A stretch of DNA of 64,000 nucleotides. Origin: an uncultured Candidatus Rokubacteria bacterium (GTDB lineage: Bacteria; Methylomirabilota; Methylomirabilia; Rokubacteriales; CSP1-6). The notes beneath the pieces are model-generated. The model made no database searches. It saw only the letters and a list, made by a program, of their open reading frames with translations, and was not told where the DNA came from. The translations under genes and the position numbers were made by a program. Shown one piece after another: positions 50,823 through 60,216 of the stretch. Position 1 is the stretch's first letter; each line of letters opens with the position of its first letter. The DNA lies in the NCBI GenBank assembly GCA_963771355.1, contig CAVYTA010000006.1, forward strand, positions 2,368,001-2,432,000, read 5' to 3'.

Positions 50823-52367
50823 ATGCTCAAGCGAATCGGACGGCGGCCCGCTCTGGTCGCCCTCGCCCTCGGCCTCGTTTTCTTCGCCGGCGGGCCCGCC
50901 GGCGCGCAGGACCGCGCGCGCAGCAAGGAAGTGGTGGTGGCCCTGGCGGCGGAGCCGCGCTCGCTGCTGCCCAACACCATCGTGGACTGGACCACCAACA
51001 ACCAGCTCGAGCACATGTACGACCGCCTGGTGGACCGCGACGCCAAGAGCTACAAGCCCGCGCCCATGCTCGCCACCGGGTGGAAGGTGGTGAACGACAC
51101 CACCTGGGAGTTCACCCTCAAGCAGGGGGTGAAGTTCCACAACGGCGAGCCGTTCAACGCCCAGTCCGTCAAGGCGACCATGGACTACATCATGGATCCC
51201 GCCAGCAAGACCCACTACGCGCCGCGGTGGGCGCAGGTAAAGGAAGTCCAGATCGTCAACGACTACACCGTGCGCTTCATCACCGAGAAGCCGTGGCCCG
51301 GCCTCATCGACCGCATGGCCGCCACCGACTTCCTCCCCATGCCGCCCAAGGCGCTCAAGGAGCAGGGGGTGGCCGCGCTGGCCGCCAAGCCCATCGGCAC
51401 CGGGCCCTTCAAGTTCGTCCAGTGGGTGCGCGACGAGAAGCTCGTGATGGAGCGAAATCCCGACTACTGGCAGGGAGGGGCCGCCGTCAACCGCGTGACC
51501 TTCCGCTACATCCCGGAGTTCAGCGCGCGGCTGGCCGCACTGCTCGCCGGCGAGATCGACATCATGAAGGACGTGCCCCCGCTCAATGTCGACCAGGTGG
51601 ACAAGAGCGGCAAGGCCAAGGTGCGCGCCACCGAGTCGTCGCGCATCAATTACCTGGCACTGGTCAACCTCAAGCCCGGGCCCCTGCAGGACGTCCGGGT
51701 GCGGCGGGCCATCCACCATGCGGTCAACGTGGACGAGCTGATCGCGCAGGTGCTCCGCGGGCGCGCCACCAAGATGTGCGGGCCGCTGTCGCCGCTGAAC
51801 GTCGACTATTCCCCCAAGGGGGAGTGCATCAAGTACGATCCGGCGCGGGCCCAGGCGCTCCTGAAAGAGGCGGGGCACGAAGCGGCCAAGCTCCAGCTGA
51901 CGCTCGACACGCCGTCCGGCCGCTATCCGCTGGACAAGGATATCTCGCTGGCCATCGCGTCCCAGCTCGGGCGCATCGGGATCAAGACCAACGTGGTGGT
52001 GAACGAGTGGGGCACCCACCTCGACAAGATCAAGAACCGGGCCACCGGCGATATGTTCTTCCTCGGCTGGGGTCCGGCGCTGGAAGCCCAGGGCACCATC
52101 GAACAGCTCTTCCAGGCCAAGCCGACGTACTCGTCCTTCGGCAACAACGCGACCATCGATGCCAAGATCGCCCAGGCGGTGACCATCGTGGATCCCAAGA
52201 AGCGGCTGGAGGCCTGGACCGAGCTGCAACAGCTGGTGCGAGACGAGGTACCGTGGGTGTTCCTCTGGCAGCAGCACGACCTCTACGGCGTGGCTAACTG
52301 GATCGAGTGGAGCCCGCGCGCCGACGAGAAGGTCTGGATGTACGAGGCGAAGATCATCGCCCGCTAG
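50823..52367 (+). CDS. ABC substrate-binding protein family 5
   Basis: GGAGGA SD; signal peptide; FTLKQGVKFHNG, PIGTGPFKF, DVRVRRAI. Confidence 0.95.
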   Translation: MLKRIGRRPALVALALGLVFFAGGPAGAQDRARSKEVVVALAAEPRSLLPNTIVDWTTNNQLEHMYDRLVDRDAKSYKPAPMLATGWKVVNDTTWEFTLKQGVKFHNGEPFNAQSVKATMDYIMDPASKTHYAPRWAQVKEVQIVNDYTVRFITEKPWPGLIDRMAATDFLPMPPKALKEQGVAALAAKPIGTGPFKFVQWVRDEKLVMERNPDYWQGGAAVNRVTFRYIPEFSARLAALLAGEIDIMKDVPPLNVDQVDKSGKAKVRATESSRINYLALVNLKPGPLQDVRVRRAIHHAVNVDELIAQVLRGRATKMCGPLSPLNVDYSPKGECIKYDPARAQALLKEAGHEAAKLQLTLDTPSGRYPLDKDISLAIASQLGRIGIKTNVVVNEWGTHLDKIKNRATGDMFFLGWGPALEAQGTIEQLFQAKPTYSSFGNNATIDAKIAQAVTIVDPKKRLEAWTELQQLVRDEVPWVFLWQQHDLYGVANWIEWSPRADEKVWMYEAKIIAR

Positions 52368-52390
52368 CGCGGGCCCATCTCGAAACAGCA

Positions 52391-52421
52391 ACGCGCGCCG
52401 GGACAATGTCCCGGCGCGCGT
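52391..52421. terminator. Perfect GC-rich hairpin between convergent genes (terminator candidate)
   Basis: ACGCGCGCCGGGAC-AAT-GTCCCGGCGCGCGT; only a weak U-tract follows. Confidence 0.6.
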
Positions 52422-52453
52422 CTCGCTTTCTGGCTATGCCGGCCGCGGACGCC

Positions 52454-52621
52454 TCAGGCGGCCGCCGCGGGAGGAACCGCGGGCCCCTCGTCCTCGTCCG
52501 CCATCGGAGTGGAAGCGGTTGGCGCCGCCTTCTCCGCTTCGTCCCGCATCTCCCTCGCGTGATCCGTCAGCTCGCTCAGCTCCCAAACCGCCAGGTCGAA
52601 CCAGGTATCCAGTTGCATCAT
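52454..52621 (-). CDS. Small acidic hypothetical protein (55 aa)
   Basis: GAGGGA then ATG; MMQLDTWFDLAVWELSELTDHAREMRDEAEKAAP...; sigma54-like promoter upstream. Confidence 0.55.
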   Translation of the reverse strand: MMQLDTWFDLAVWELSELTDHAREMRDEAEKAAPTASTPMADEDEGPAVPPAAAA

Positions 52622-52708
52622 GTCCCTCGCTGCGCCCGGCTTCGGCGCCCCCCGGTCGGTTTCGGCCCCTCCCGCGACGATGCGGGGCTTCACCACTGCC
52701 CCACGTGG

Positions 52709-52724
52709 AGCATTGGCTGTGCCA
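52709..52724 (-). promoter_or_regulatory. Sigma54 (-24/-12) promoter candidate
   Basis: Minus strand TGGCACAGCCAATGCT versus consensus TGGCAC-N5-TTGCW: one mismatch, correct GG-GC spacing. Confidence 0.65.
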
Positions 52725-52881
52725 TCCAGAGACGCCTGCAAAATCGCGCACTTGAGCTCATGCAGGCCGGCGCCGCGTGCCGGACGATCGCCCGAGCGCG
52801 GGCAGGACGCCTGATCCAAGGCCCGACGATTCCTGATAAAATTCGGCCGCTGATCACTCGACGTATCCGCGAGGAGGCCCC

Positions 52882-54120
52882 ATGGCTGGGATCACCGTCT
52901 TCACCAATGCCTTCCTGATCGATTGCACCGGCAAGGAACCCGTCGACGGCGCCGCCGTCGTGGTGGAGGGCGAGCACATCAAGGACGTCATCCGGTCGGG
53001 CAAGGTCGGGCCGCTCAAGGGCCGCGTCGACACCATCAACTGCAAGGGCAAGACTCTCATGCCCGGCCTGACCGATGCCCATGTGCACGTCTGCGCGGTG
53101 GACGCGAACATCCCCGAGCAGCACCGGAACAGCCCCCCGAGCCTCATCGCCGCCAAGGCCATGCGGCGTATCGAGCAAGCGCTGCTGCAGGGCTTCACCA
53201 CCGTCCGGGACGCGGGCGGCGCCGACTACGGCTTCCGCGAGGCCGTCGACTCCGGCCTCTATCCGGGACCCCGTCTCCTCGTCTCCGGGAGGGCGCTCTC
53301 CCAGACGGGCGGCCACGCGGACAAGCGGAGGCGCGCGGAGTGGATCGCGCCGGTGGAGTGCTGCGTGGGCATGGTGGGGGTGATCGCGGACGGGGCCGAC
53401 GAGGTGCGCCGGGCGGCCCGCGAGCAGATCCGGCACGATGTGGACCAGCTCAAGATCATGGCCTCCGGCGGCGCCATGTCGCCCGGTGACGAGCTCGATA
53501 CCACGCAGTACACCGTGGAGGAGATGCGCGCCGCCGTCGAGGAAGCCACCGCGGTGGGCAAGTACGTCCTGGCGCACGCCTATTCCGGCACCGCCATTCG
53601 TAATGCCATCAGCGCCGGCGTCCGTTGCATCGAGCACGGCAATCTCCTCGACGCCGCCGGCGCCCAGGCCATCAAGAAGGCCGGGGCCTACCTCGTCCCC
53701 ACCATGGTCACCTACGAGGCCATCTGGCGCGAGGGCAAGAACTACGGGATCGGCGACCACCAGATCCAGAAGATCAACATGGCCCGGGAGAAGAGCGTCG
53801 AAGGCCTCACCCACGCCTACCGCGCCGGCTGCAAGATCGGCTCCGGCTCCGATCTCCTCGGCGACATGCAGGCCCAGCGCACCGTGGAATTCGAGCTCAA
53901 GGGCCAGGTCATGAAGCCCATGGAGGTGCTCCTGTCCGCCACGCGGACCAATGCCGAGATCTTCCGGATGGAATCCCAGATCGGCTCCGTCGAGCCCGGG
54001 AAGTACGCCGACCTCCTCGTGCTCAAGGGCAACCCCCTCAAGGATCTCCGCGTCTTCCAGAACCAGGACAACCTGCTCCTGATCATGAAGGGAGGCGTCG
54101 CCTACAAGCGCGCCGTATGA
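52882..54120 (+). CDS. Amidohydrolase superfamily (prolidase/dipeptidase-like)
   Basis: MPGLTDAHVH, GFTTVRDAGG, SQTGGH, KIMASGG, AHA, IEHG, GSGSD, GKYADL. Confidence 0.93.
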   Translation: MAGITVFTNAFLIDCTGKEPVDGAAVVVEGEHIKDVIRSGKVGPLKGRVDTINCKGKTLMPGLTDAHVHVCAVDANIPEQHRNSPPSLIAAKAMRRIEQALLQGFTTVRDAGGADYGFREAVDSGLYPGPRLLVSGRALSQTGGHADKRRRAEWIAPVECCVGMVGVIADGADEVRRAAREQIRHDVDQLKIMASGGAMSPGDELDTTQYTVEEMRAAVEEATAVGKYVLAHAYSGTAIRNAISAGVRCIEHGNLLDAAGAQAIKKAGAYLVPTMVTYEAIWREGKNYGIGDHQIQKINMAREKSVEGLTHAYRAGCKIGSGSDLLGDMQAQRTVEFELKGQVMKPMEVLLSATRTNAEIFRMESQIGSVEPGKYADLLVLKGNPLKDLRVFQNQDNLLLIMKGGVAYKRAV

Positions 54121-56666
54121 GCAAGACCGGGAAGAGCACCAGGAGCGGCAAAAGCGCCGGCGGCTCGACGACCGCACCGCCCGCCGCGGCTCCACCAGCC
54201 GCCGCAGGGCCTGCGGACTTCGAGAAGCTCGGCGTCTTCTATCTCGGACGCCCCTACGATCTCGGCGCCCGGAAGCCCGGCGAGGGGTTTCTCCTCTACG
54301 ACGCCAAGGATCTCGTGACCCACGCAGTGTGCGTGGGCATGACCGGCAGCGGGAAGACCGGCCTCTGCCTGTCCCTGCTGGAGGAGGCGGCGATCGACGG
54401 TATCCCCGCGCTGGTGATCGACCCCAAGGGCGATCTCGGCAATCTCCTCCTCACCTTCCCCGAGCTGCGGGCCGCCGACTTCCGGCCCTGGATCAACGAG
54501 GACGACGCGCGGCGGAAGGGCATCACCCCCGACGCGTTCGCGGAGAGCCAGGCCGAGACCTGGACCAAGGGCCTCGCCGCCTGGGGCGAGGATGGCGCGC
54601 GCATCCGCCGGCTCCGGGAGGCGGCGGACTTCGCCATCTACACTCCCGGCAGCAATGCCGGCCTGCCGGTATCGATCCTCAAGTCCTTCGCCGCGCCACC
54701 CGTGGCGGTCAGAGAGGACGCGGAGGCGCTCGGCGAGCGCATCGGCACCACGGTGACGAGCCTGCTCGGCCTGGTGGGCGTCGAGGCCGACCCGGTGAGG
54801 AGCCGCGAGCACATCCTCGTGTCCACCATTCTCCGGGTCGCCTGGGCGGAGGGCCGGGACCTCGACCTCGCCGGCCTGATCCAGCAGATCCAGACGCCGC
54901 CGGTGAAGCGCGTCGGCGTGCTCGACGTCGAGGCGTTCTTCCCGTCGAAGGACCGCTTCGCGCTGGCCATGACGCTGAACAATCTCCTCGCCAGCCCCGG
55001 CTTCGCGGCCTGGATGGAAGGCGAGCCCCTCGACGTGCAGTCCCTGCTCTACACCCGGGAAGGGAAGCCGCGCGTCTCTATTTTCTCCATCGCGCATCTG
55101 GGCGACGCGGAGCGGATGTTCTTCGTCTCGCTCCTGCTCAACCAGACGGTGGGGTGGATGCGCAACCAGTCCGGCACCACCAGCCTCCGCGCGCTCGTCT
55201 ACATGGACGAGATCTTCGGCTACTTCCCGCCGGTGGCGAATCCGCCCTCCAAGCTGCCGCTGCTCACCCTGCTCAAGCAGGCGCGGGCCTTCGGCGTGGG
55301 CGTGGTGCTGGCGACGCAGAACCCGGTGGACCTCGACTACAAGGGGCTCTCCAATGCCGGCACCTGGTTCATCGGCCGCCTGCAGACCGAGCGCGACAAG
55401 GCCCGGGTGCTCGACGGGCTCGAAGGCGCCGCCGCCGGTGCCGCGGGTCGCTTCGACCGCGGCAAGATGGAGGAGACCATCGCCGGCCTGGGTAACCGCA
55501 TCTTCCTCATGAACAACGTCCACGACGATGCCCCGGTGGTCTTCGAGACCCGCTGGGCCATGTCGTATCTGCGCGGCCCGCTCACGCGCGACCAGATCAA
55601 GATCTTGATGGACGGGCGCCGAGGCCGGACGCCGTCCGAAGCCCCGGCGGCCGCGGGATCCACGCCGGCGACACGACCCGCCCGCACCGCCCCGGTATCG
55701 GGAAGCGCGGCCCCCGCGGCCCCGCGCCCCGTGCTGCCGCCGGACGTCCCGCAGCACTTTCTCCCCGTGCGCGGTGCCCGGGCGGGCGCGCTCGTCTATC
55801 AGCCCATGCTGCTCGGCGCGGCGCAGGTGCGCTTCACCGACCCCCGGCGCGGGGTCGAGGTGGCCCAGGACGGCGTGTTCCTCACGGCCATCACCGACGA
55901 GGCAATCGGGGTGGACTGGGAACAGGCGCGCGAGACGCCGGTAGCCCTCGGCGATCTGGAGACCGACCCGGTGGCCGGCGCGGAGTTCGGCGAGCTGCCC
56001 GGCGTCGCGGGCAGGAAGAAGAGCTTCGAGAGCTGGAGCCGCGACTTCGCAGGCTGGTTGTTCCGCACGCGCCGGCTGGAGCTCCACGTGAGCGCCGATC
56101 TCAAGCTGGTGTCGCGGCCCGACGAGTCCGAGGGCGATTTCCGCGTGCGCATCCAGCATGCCGGCCGCGAGGGGCGTGACGAGGCGCTGGAGGTGCTCCG
56201 GAAGAAGTACGCGCCGAAGGTGGCCGTGCTCCAGGAAAAGATCCGCCGCGCCCAGCAGGCGGTGGAGCGCGAGTCTGGCCAGGCCACCCAGCAGGGGCTC
56301 CAGGTCGCCATCTCCCTGGGCGCCACCGTGCTGGGCGCGCTTCTCGGCCGCAAGGCGGTGAGCGCGACCACGCTGGGCCGGGCCACCACCGCGGCGCGCG
56401 GCGCGGGGCGAACCATGAAGGAGGCGCAGGACGTATCGCGCGCCCGGGAAACGGTGGAGAGCCTCCAGCAGGCCCTCGCCGATCTCGAGACCGAGCTCAA
56501 GGCGGAGACCGAGGCGGTCGCGGCGAAGTCGGACCCCGGCCAGGCGCCGCTGGAAACCCTCGCGCTGAAGCCCACCAAGCAGAACATCACGGTCCGGCTG
56601 GTGACGCTGGCCTGGGCGCCCCATCGCCGTGACTCGCAGGGGGCCCTCGTGCCCGCCTGGGAATAG
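54117..56666 (+). CDS. HerA/FtsK-like P-loop ATPase (DUF87-type) with C-terminal coiled coil
   Basis: ATGA overlap; GMTGSGKTG, IDPKGD, YMDE, QARAFG, LATQNPVDLDYK, GRLQTERD. Confidence 0.88.
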   Translation: MSKTGKSTRSGKSAGGSTTAPPAAAPPAAAGPADFEKLGVFYLGRPYDLGARKPGEGFLLYDAKDLVTHAVCVGMTGSGKTGLCLSLLEEAAIDGIPALVIDPKGDLGNLLLTFPELRAADFRPWINEDDARRKGITPDAFAESQAETWTKGLAAWGEDGARIRRLREAADFAIYTPGSNAGLPVSILKSFAAPPVAVREDAEALGERIGTTVTSLLGLVGVEADPVRSREHILVSTILRVAWAEGRDLDLAGLIQQIQTPPVKRVGVLDVEAFFPSKDRFALAMTLNNLLASPGFAAWMEGEPLDVQSLLYTREGKPRVSIFSIAHLGDAERMFFVSLLLNQTVGWMRNQSGTTSLRALVYMDEIFGYFPPVANPPSKLPLLTLLKQARAFGVGVVLATQNPVDLDYKGLSNAGTWFIGRLQTERDKARVLDGLEGAAAGAAGRFDRGKMEETIAGLGNRIFLMNNVHDDAPVVFETRWAMSYLRGPLTRDQIKILMDGRRGRTPSEAPAAAGSTPATRPARTAPVSGSAAPAAPRPVLPPDVPQHFLPVRGARAGALVYQPMLLGAAQVRFTDPRRGVEVAQDGVFLTAITDEAIGVDWEQARETPVALGDLETDPVAGAEFGELPGVAGRKKSFESWSRDFAGWLFRTRRLELHVSADLKLVSRPDESEGDFRVRIQHAGREGRDEALEVLRKKYAPKVAVLQEKIRRAQQAVERESGQATQQGLQVAISLGATVLGALLGRKAVSATTLGRATTAARGAGRTMKEAQDVSRARETVESLQQALADLETELKAETEAVAAKSDPGQAPLETLALKPTKQNITVRLVTLAWAPHRRDSQGALVPAWE

Positions 56667-56680
56667 CAAGGAGACCCGCC

Positions 56681-57862
56681 ATGCCAAGCCTTCTCACCGC
56701 CGCCGCCCTGCTGGCCGCCCTGCTCGTCCCCGTCACCGCGCTCGCCCACAAGGATACGGACCCGCCGCATCAGCGCTACGAGATGGGGGACCTCAAGCTC
56801 GAGAGCGGCGACGCGATCAAGAACTTCACCATCTCCTTCGTCACCCACGGCACGTTGAACGCGGACCGTTCGAACGCGATCCTCGTGGTCACCGCCATCG
56901 GGGGCACCCACCACCGGCTCGACTTCCTCATCGGCCCCGGCAAGGCGCTCGACACCGACAAGTACTTCGTGGTGTCGGCCGACGCCATCGGCAACGGGCT
57001 CACCACCTCACCCTCCACCAGTGCCACCCAGCCGCGCATGCAGTTCCCGCGCTTCACCATCCGCGACATGGTGAGCTCGCAGCACCGTCTGCTCACCGAG
57101 CACCTGGGGGTGAAGCACCTCGTGGCGGTGGTGGGCGCCTCCATGGGCGGCATGCAGGCGCTCCAGTGGGGCGTCAAACATCCGGACTTCTCCGACCAGC
57201 TCGTCGCCATGGTGCCGCTCCTGCGCACTCCCGCCTGGACCGTCACCGTGCTGGAGGCGAGCCGCAAGGCCATCATGCTCGACCCCGCCTGGAACGGCGG
57301 CAACTACACGAGCCCGCCCGAGGCCGGGATCCGGCTCTGGCGCGACATCGTCGGGGTCCTGGCCGCGCGCACCCCGGAGCAGCTCCGCGACCAGTTCCCC
57401 TACGGGCTCGACGTGCTGCCCTGGCTCAAGGAGCAGGAGGACGCGCTCATCCCCGTGTTCGACGCCAATGACTGGATCTACCAGACCTGGGCCTACGAGC
57501 GCCACGACATCGCGGCCGGGCCGGGACGGGACGGGGACATGCTCAAGACGCTGCGCGCGATCAAGGCGACCACCCTCATCCTCACCGGGATCAAGGATCT
57601 CCTCAATCCCGAGTGGGAGTCCCGGGACGCCTTCCGCTACATTCCCTCCTCGCGGCACATGCAGATCAATCCGGGCTCCGTCACCGGCCATCTCGCCGCC
57701 TCGGGCCTCTTCCCGGCCGACGTCGAGATGCTCAACCGTGAGATCGGAGCCTTCCTCGAGCGCGGCCGGGTGAAGCGCGCGGAGGGGCCCGGCCCCACCC
57801 CAGCCTATGATCCGGGGGTCGGCACGCCCGGGCGGGCGGGGAGCCGGCCCCCACGGCGATAG
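56681..57862 (+). CDS. Homoserine O-acetyltransferase-like alpha/beta hydrolase with signal peptide
   Basis: Sec signal (..VTALA); GTLNADRSNAIL, IGPGKALDTDKYFV, FPRFTIRDMV, GASMGGMQ, GH. Confidence 0.88.
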   Translation: MPSLLTAAALLAALLVPVTALAHKDTDPPHQRYEMGDLKLESGDAIKNFTISFVTHGTLNADRSNAILVVTAIGGTHHRLDFLIGPGKALDTDKYFVVSADAIGNGLTTSPSTSATQPRMQFPRFTIRDMVSSQHRLLTEHLGVKHLVAVVGASMGGMQALQWGVKHPDFSDQLVAMVPLLRTPAWTVTVLEASRKAIMLDPAWNGGNYTSPPEAGIRLWRDIVGVLAARTPEQLRDQFPYGLDVLPWLKEQEDALIPVFDANDWIYQTWAYERHDIAAGPGRDGDMLKTLRAIKATTLILTGIKDLLNPEWESRDAFRYIPSSRHMQINPGSVTGHLAASGLFPADVEMLNREIGAFLERGRVKRAEGPGPTPAYDPGVGTPGRAGSRPPRR

Positions 57863-57899
57863 CGCCCCGCGCGCTCCCACTCGGTATACTGGAAGTCTG

Positions 57900-58916
57900 A
57901 TGAAGATCGGTCCGGTCGAGGTATGCTCGCTCGCCCGCATGGCCCCCATGGCGGGCATCACCAATGCGCCCTTCCGGCTCATCGTGAAGGAGTGCGGCAG
58001 CGGGCTCACCACCACCGAGGAGATGGACGCCACCGCCCTGCTGCTCGAGCATCCGCACGCCACGGACATCGCCGCGTACTTCCCGGAGGAGCGGCCCCTC
58101 GCCATGCAGCTCCTCGGCAAGGACCCCGATGTCCTCCGCCGCGCGGCCGAGAAGTGCCAGCGCCTGGGCGCCGACATCGTGGACCTGAACATGGGCTGCC
58201 CCATGCCCCGCATCACCGGGAAGGGCAAGGGCGCGGCCCTCATGCGCGACGTGAGCGCCACCGCGGGGATCCTCCGCGCCATGCGCTCCGCTCTGTCCGT
58301 GCCGCTCACCATCAAGATCCGGGGCGGCTGGGATGACGAGCATCTCAACGCGGTCGAGGTGGCGCGGATGGCGGAGGCGGAGGGCGTGGACGCCCTCACC
58401 GTGCACCCGCGCACGCGCGCTCAGCGCCACAGCGGCAAGGCGCCGTGGGAGATCATCGCCGAGGTGGTGGACGCGGTGCGCGTGCCGGTGACCGGCAACG
58501 GCGACGTCCGCTCCATGGCCGACGCGCGCCGGATGGCAGCGGAGACGGGGTGCCAGTCGGTGATGGTCGGCCGCGGCGCCCTGGGCCGGCCGTGGCTCTT
58601 CAGCGAGACGTTCGACGCTCTGCCGCTCGAGGGCCAGCGCGACTACAAGCTGCGCGTGATCACCAGGCACCTGGACCTCATCCGGGGTCATTTCCGCGAG
58701 AAGTACGCGCTGGTGCAGACCCAGAAACACCTGGCCTGGTACACCGAGGGCCTGGGGCACGCCACCGATTGCCGGCGCCGACTCTTCGAGTGCAAGTCGA
58801 TCGAGGCGGCGTGGTCGGTGTTCCGCGAGTACTGGGATCAGCACTGGGAGCGGGTGGCGGCGGGCCTGCCCGCGGCACTCATCGAGCTCGCGCCCGCCGG
58901 TCCCCTTCTCAGCTGA
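57900..58916 (+). CDS. dusB: tRNA-dihydrouridine synthase
   Basis: APMAGIT, DLNMGCP, GAALM, KIRGGW, VHPRT, GNGDV, MVGRG. Confidence 0.9.
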   Translation: MKIGPVEVCSLARMAPMAGITNAPFRLIVKECGSGLTTTEEMDATALLLEHPHATDIAAYFPEERPLAMQLLGKDPDVLRRAAEKCQRLGADIVDLNMGCPMPRITGKGKGAALMRDVSATAGILRAMRSALSVPLTIKIRGGWDDEHLNAVEVARMAEAEGVDALTVHPRTRAQRHSGKAPWEIIAEVVDAVRVPVTGNGDVRSMADARRMAAETGCQSVMVGRGALGRPWLFSETFDALPLEGQRDYKLRVITRHLDLIRGHFREKYALVQTQKHLAWYTEGLGHATDCRRRLFECKSIEAAWSVFREYWDQHWERVAAGLPAALIELAPAGPLLS

Positions 58917-60204
58917 GCGCCTCGTCGAGCCGGCGCCCCTCCACGTTGTCCATCGTCAGGCCGAGGAGGTGCGCCAGCGTGGGCGCCACATCCCGGCTCA
59001 CGATCGGTCCGAGCTCGGCTCCGCGTCGTACGCCCGCGCCGGCGGCGAGGAAGAAGGCGGCGTTGTCCGGGTGGGTGGGCCGCTGGCCGTGGGTGCCGCG
59101 ATACCGAGGCGCGGCGTGCACCTCCTCGCCGCGCGCCTCGTCGCCGAAATAGAATCCCGGCGCCGCCTCGAGGACGAGGTCCCCCGCGAGCGCGTTCTCG
59201 CGGGGGGTCGGCAGCCCGAGGCCGTGATAGGCCTCGGTGGTCCACACGCCGGCCACTCCCTCGATATCGGCGAGCGCCCGCGCGAGATCCCGCGCGGTCC
59301 GCTCGCGCTCGCCGCCGCCCGCGAGGTACACGTAGCCGGCGCCGTGGTTCATGACCAGCCGCGCCGCCGCGCGCGTCACCTGCCCCTCCGCGTCCACCTC
59401 CAGGAGGCCCAGTCGCCGCAGGTGGACATTGAGCCGGATCTCGCGCGTCACGGGCAGGAATCCGTGGTCTGACACGATCGCCACCACCGTGTCGGAGTCG
59501 AGCGCGTCGCCCGGCAGCGCGTCGAGCACCTGGCCGATCCGCGCGTCGATGTACTCGATGGCCCAGTAAGCTTCGGGCGAGCGGGGCCCGTAGAGATGCT
59601 GATGGCTGTCGGCGCAGAGGAAGTGCAGGAGCAGCAGATCGGGCCGGTGGGCGTGCAGGACGTGGCCGGCGACGTCCGCTACCATGGCGTCCTTCAGGAA
59701 GCGCTTGGGGAGCAGCGCCCACTCACCCTGGCGATCCAGCGGATAGCCGAGCGCGCCGAGCTCCTTCCACACCCGGGGCGCGGTCTGCGTCTCGAACACG
59801 CGCTGGTCCTTGAAGAAGGGCAGGTTCCAGTCCAGGGACGCCGACCCGCGGGTGCAGGGCCAGTCGATGGCCGCGGTGGCGAGCCCGGCCTCGTGGGCGC
59901 GATCGTGGAGGGTGGGCGCGCGCAGGATGGCGGAGGCGTCGTACACGGGATCGCCGGTGAGATCCTCGACGCGCCCACTCGCGCGCTCGAGGATATGGTT
60001 GCCCACGATGCCGTGCGTGCGCGGCGCCACCCCCGTCACCAGGCTCACGTGGGTGGGCCACGTGGTGCTGGGAAACACCGCCTCCATGCGGGAGGCCACT
60101 ACGCCGCGCTCGGCGAGCCGCCTCAGGGTGGGCAGGCGAAGATTCGGATCATTCCAGTAAAATCCCGCCAGGCCGTCGATGCTGACGAGGAGGACGCGCG
60201 TCAC
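58909..60204 (-). CDS. Alkaline phosphatase superfamily, nucleotide pyrophosphatase/phosphodiesterase
   Basis: VSIDG, FPSTTWPTH, HGIVGN, DSHQH, VSDHG, GTHG, DVAPT; no signal peptide. Confidence 0.92.
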   Translation of the reverse strand: MTRVLLVSIDGLAGFYWNDPNLRLPTLRRLAERGVVASRMEAVFPSTTWPTHVSLVTGVAPRTHGIVGNHILERASGRVEDLTGDPVYDASAILRAPTLHDRAHEAGLATAAIDWPCTRGSASLDWNLPFFKDQRVFETQTAPRVWKELGALGYPLDRQGEWALLPKRFLKDAMVADVAGHVLHAHRPDLLLLHFLCADSHQHLYGPRSPEAYWAIEYIDARIGQVLDALPGDALDSDTVVAIVSDHGFLPVTREIRLNVHLRRLGLLEVDAEGQVTRAAARLVMNHGAGYVYLAGGGERERTARDLARALADIEGVAGVWTTEAYHGLGLPTPRENALAGDLVLEAAPGFYFGDEARGEEVHAAPRYRGTHGQRPTHPDNAAFFLAAGAGVRRGAELGPIVSRDVAPTLAHLLGLTMDNVEGRRLDEALS

Positions 60205-60216
60205 GCCCGGGGCCCG

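Noticed and set aside
54117..56666. HerA-based antiphage system or conjugative coupling protein
   Set aside because: No nuclease, SIR2, relaxase or T4SS neighbours, and codon usage looks native.
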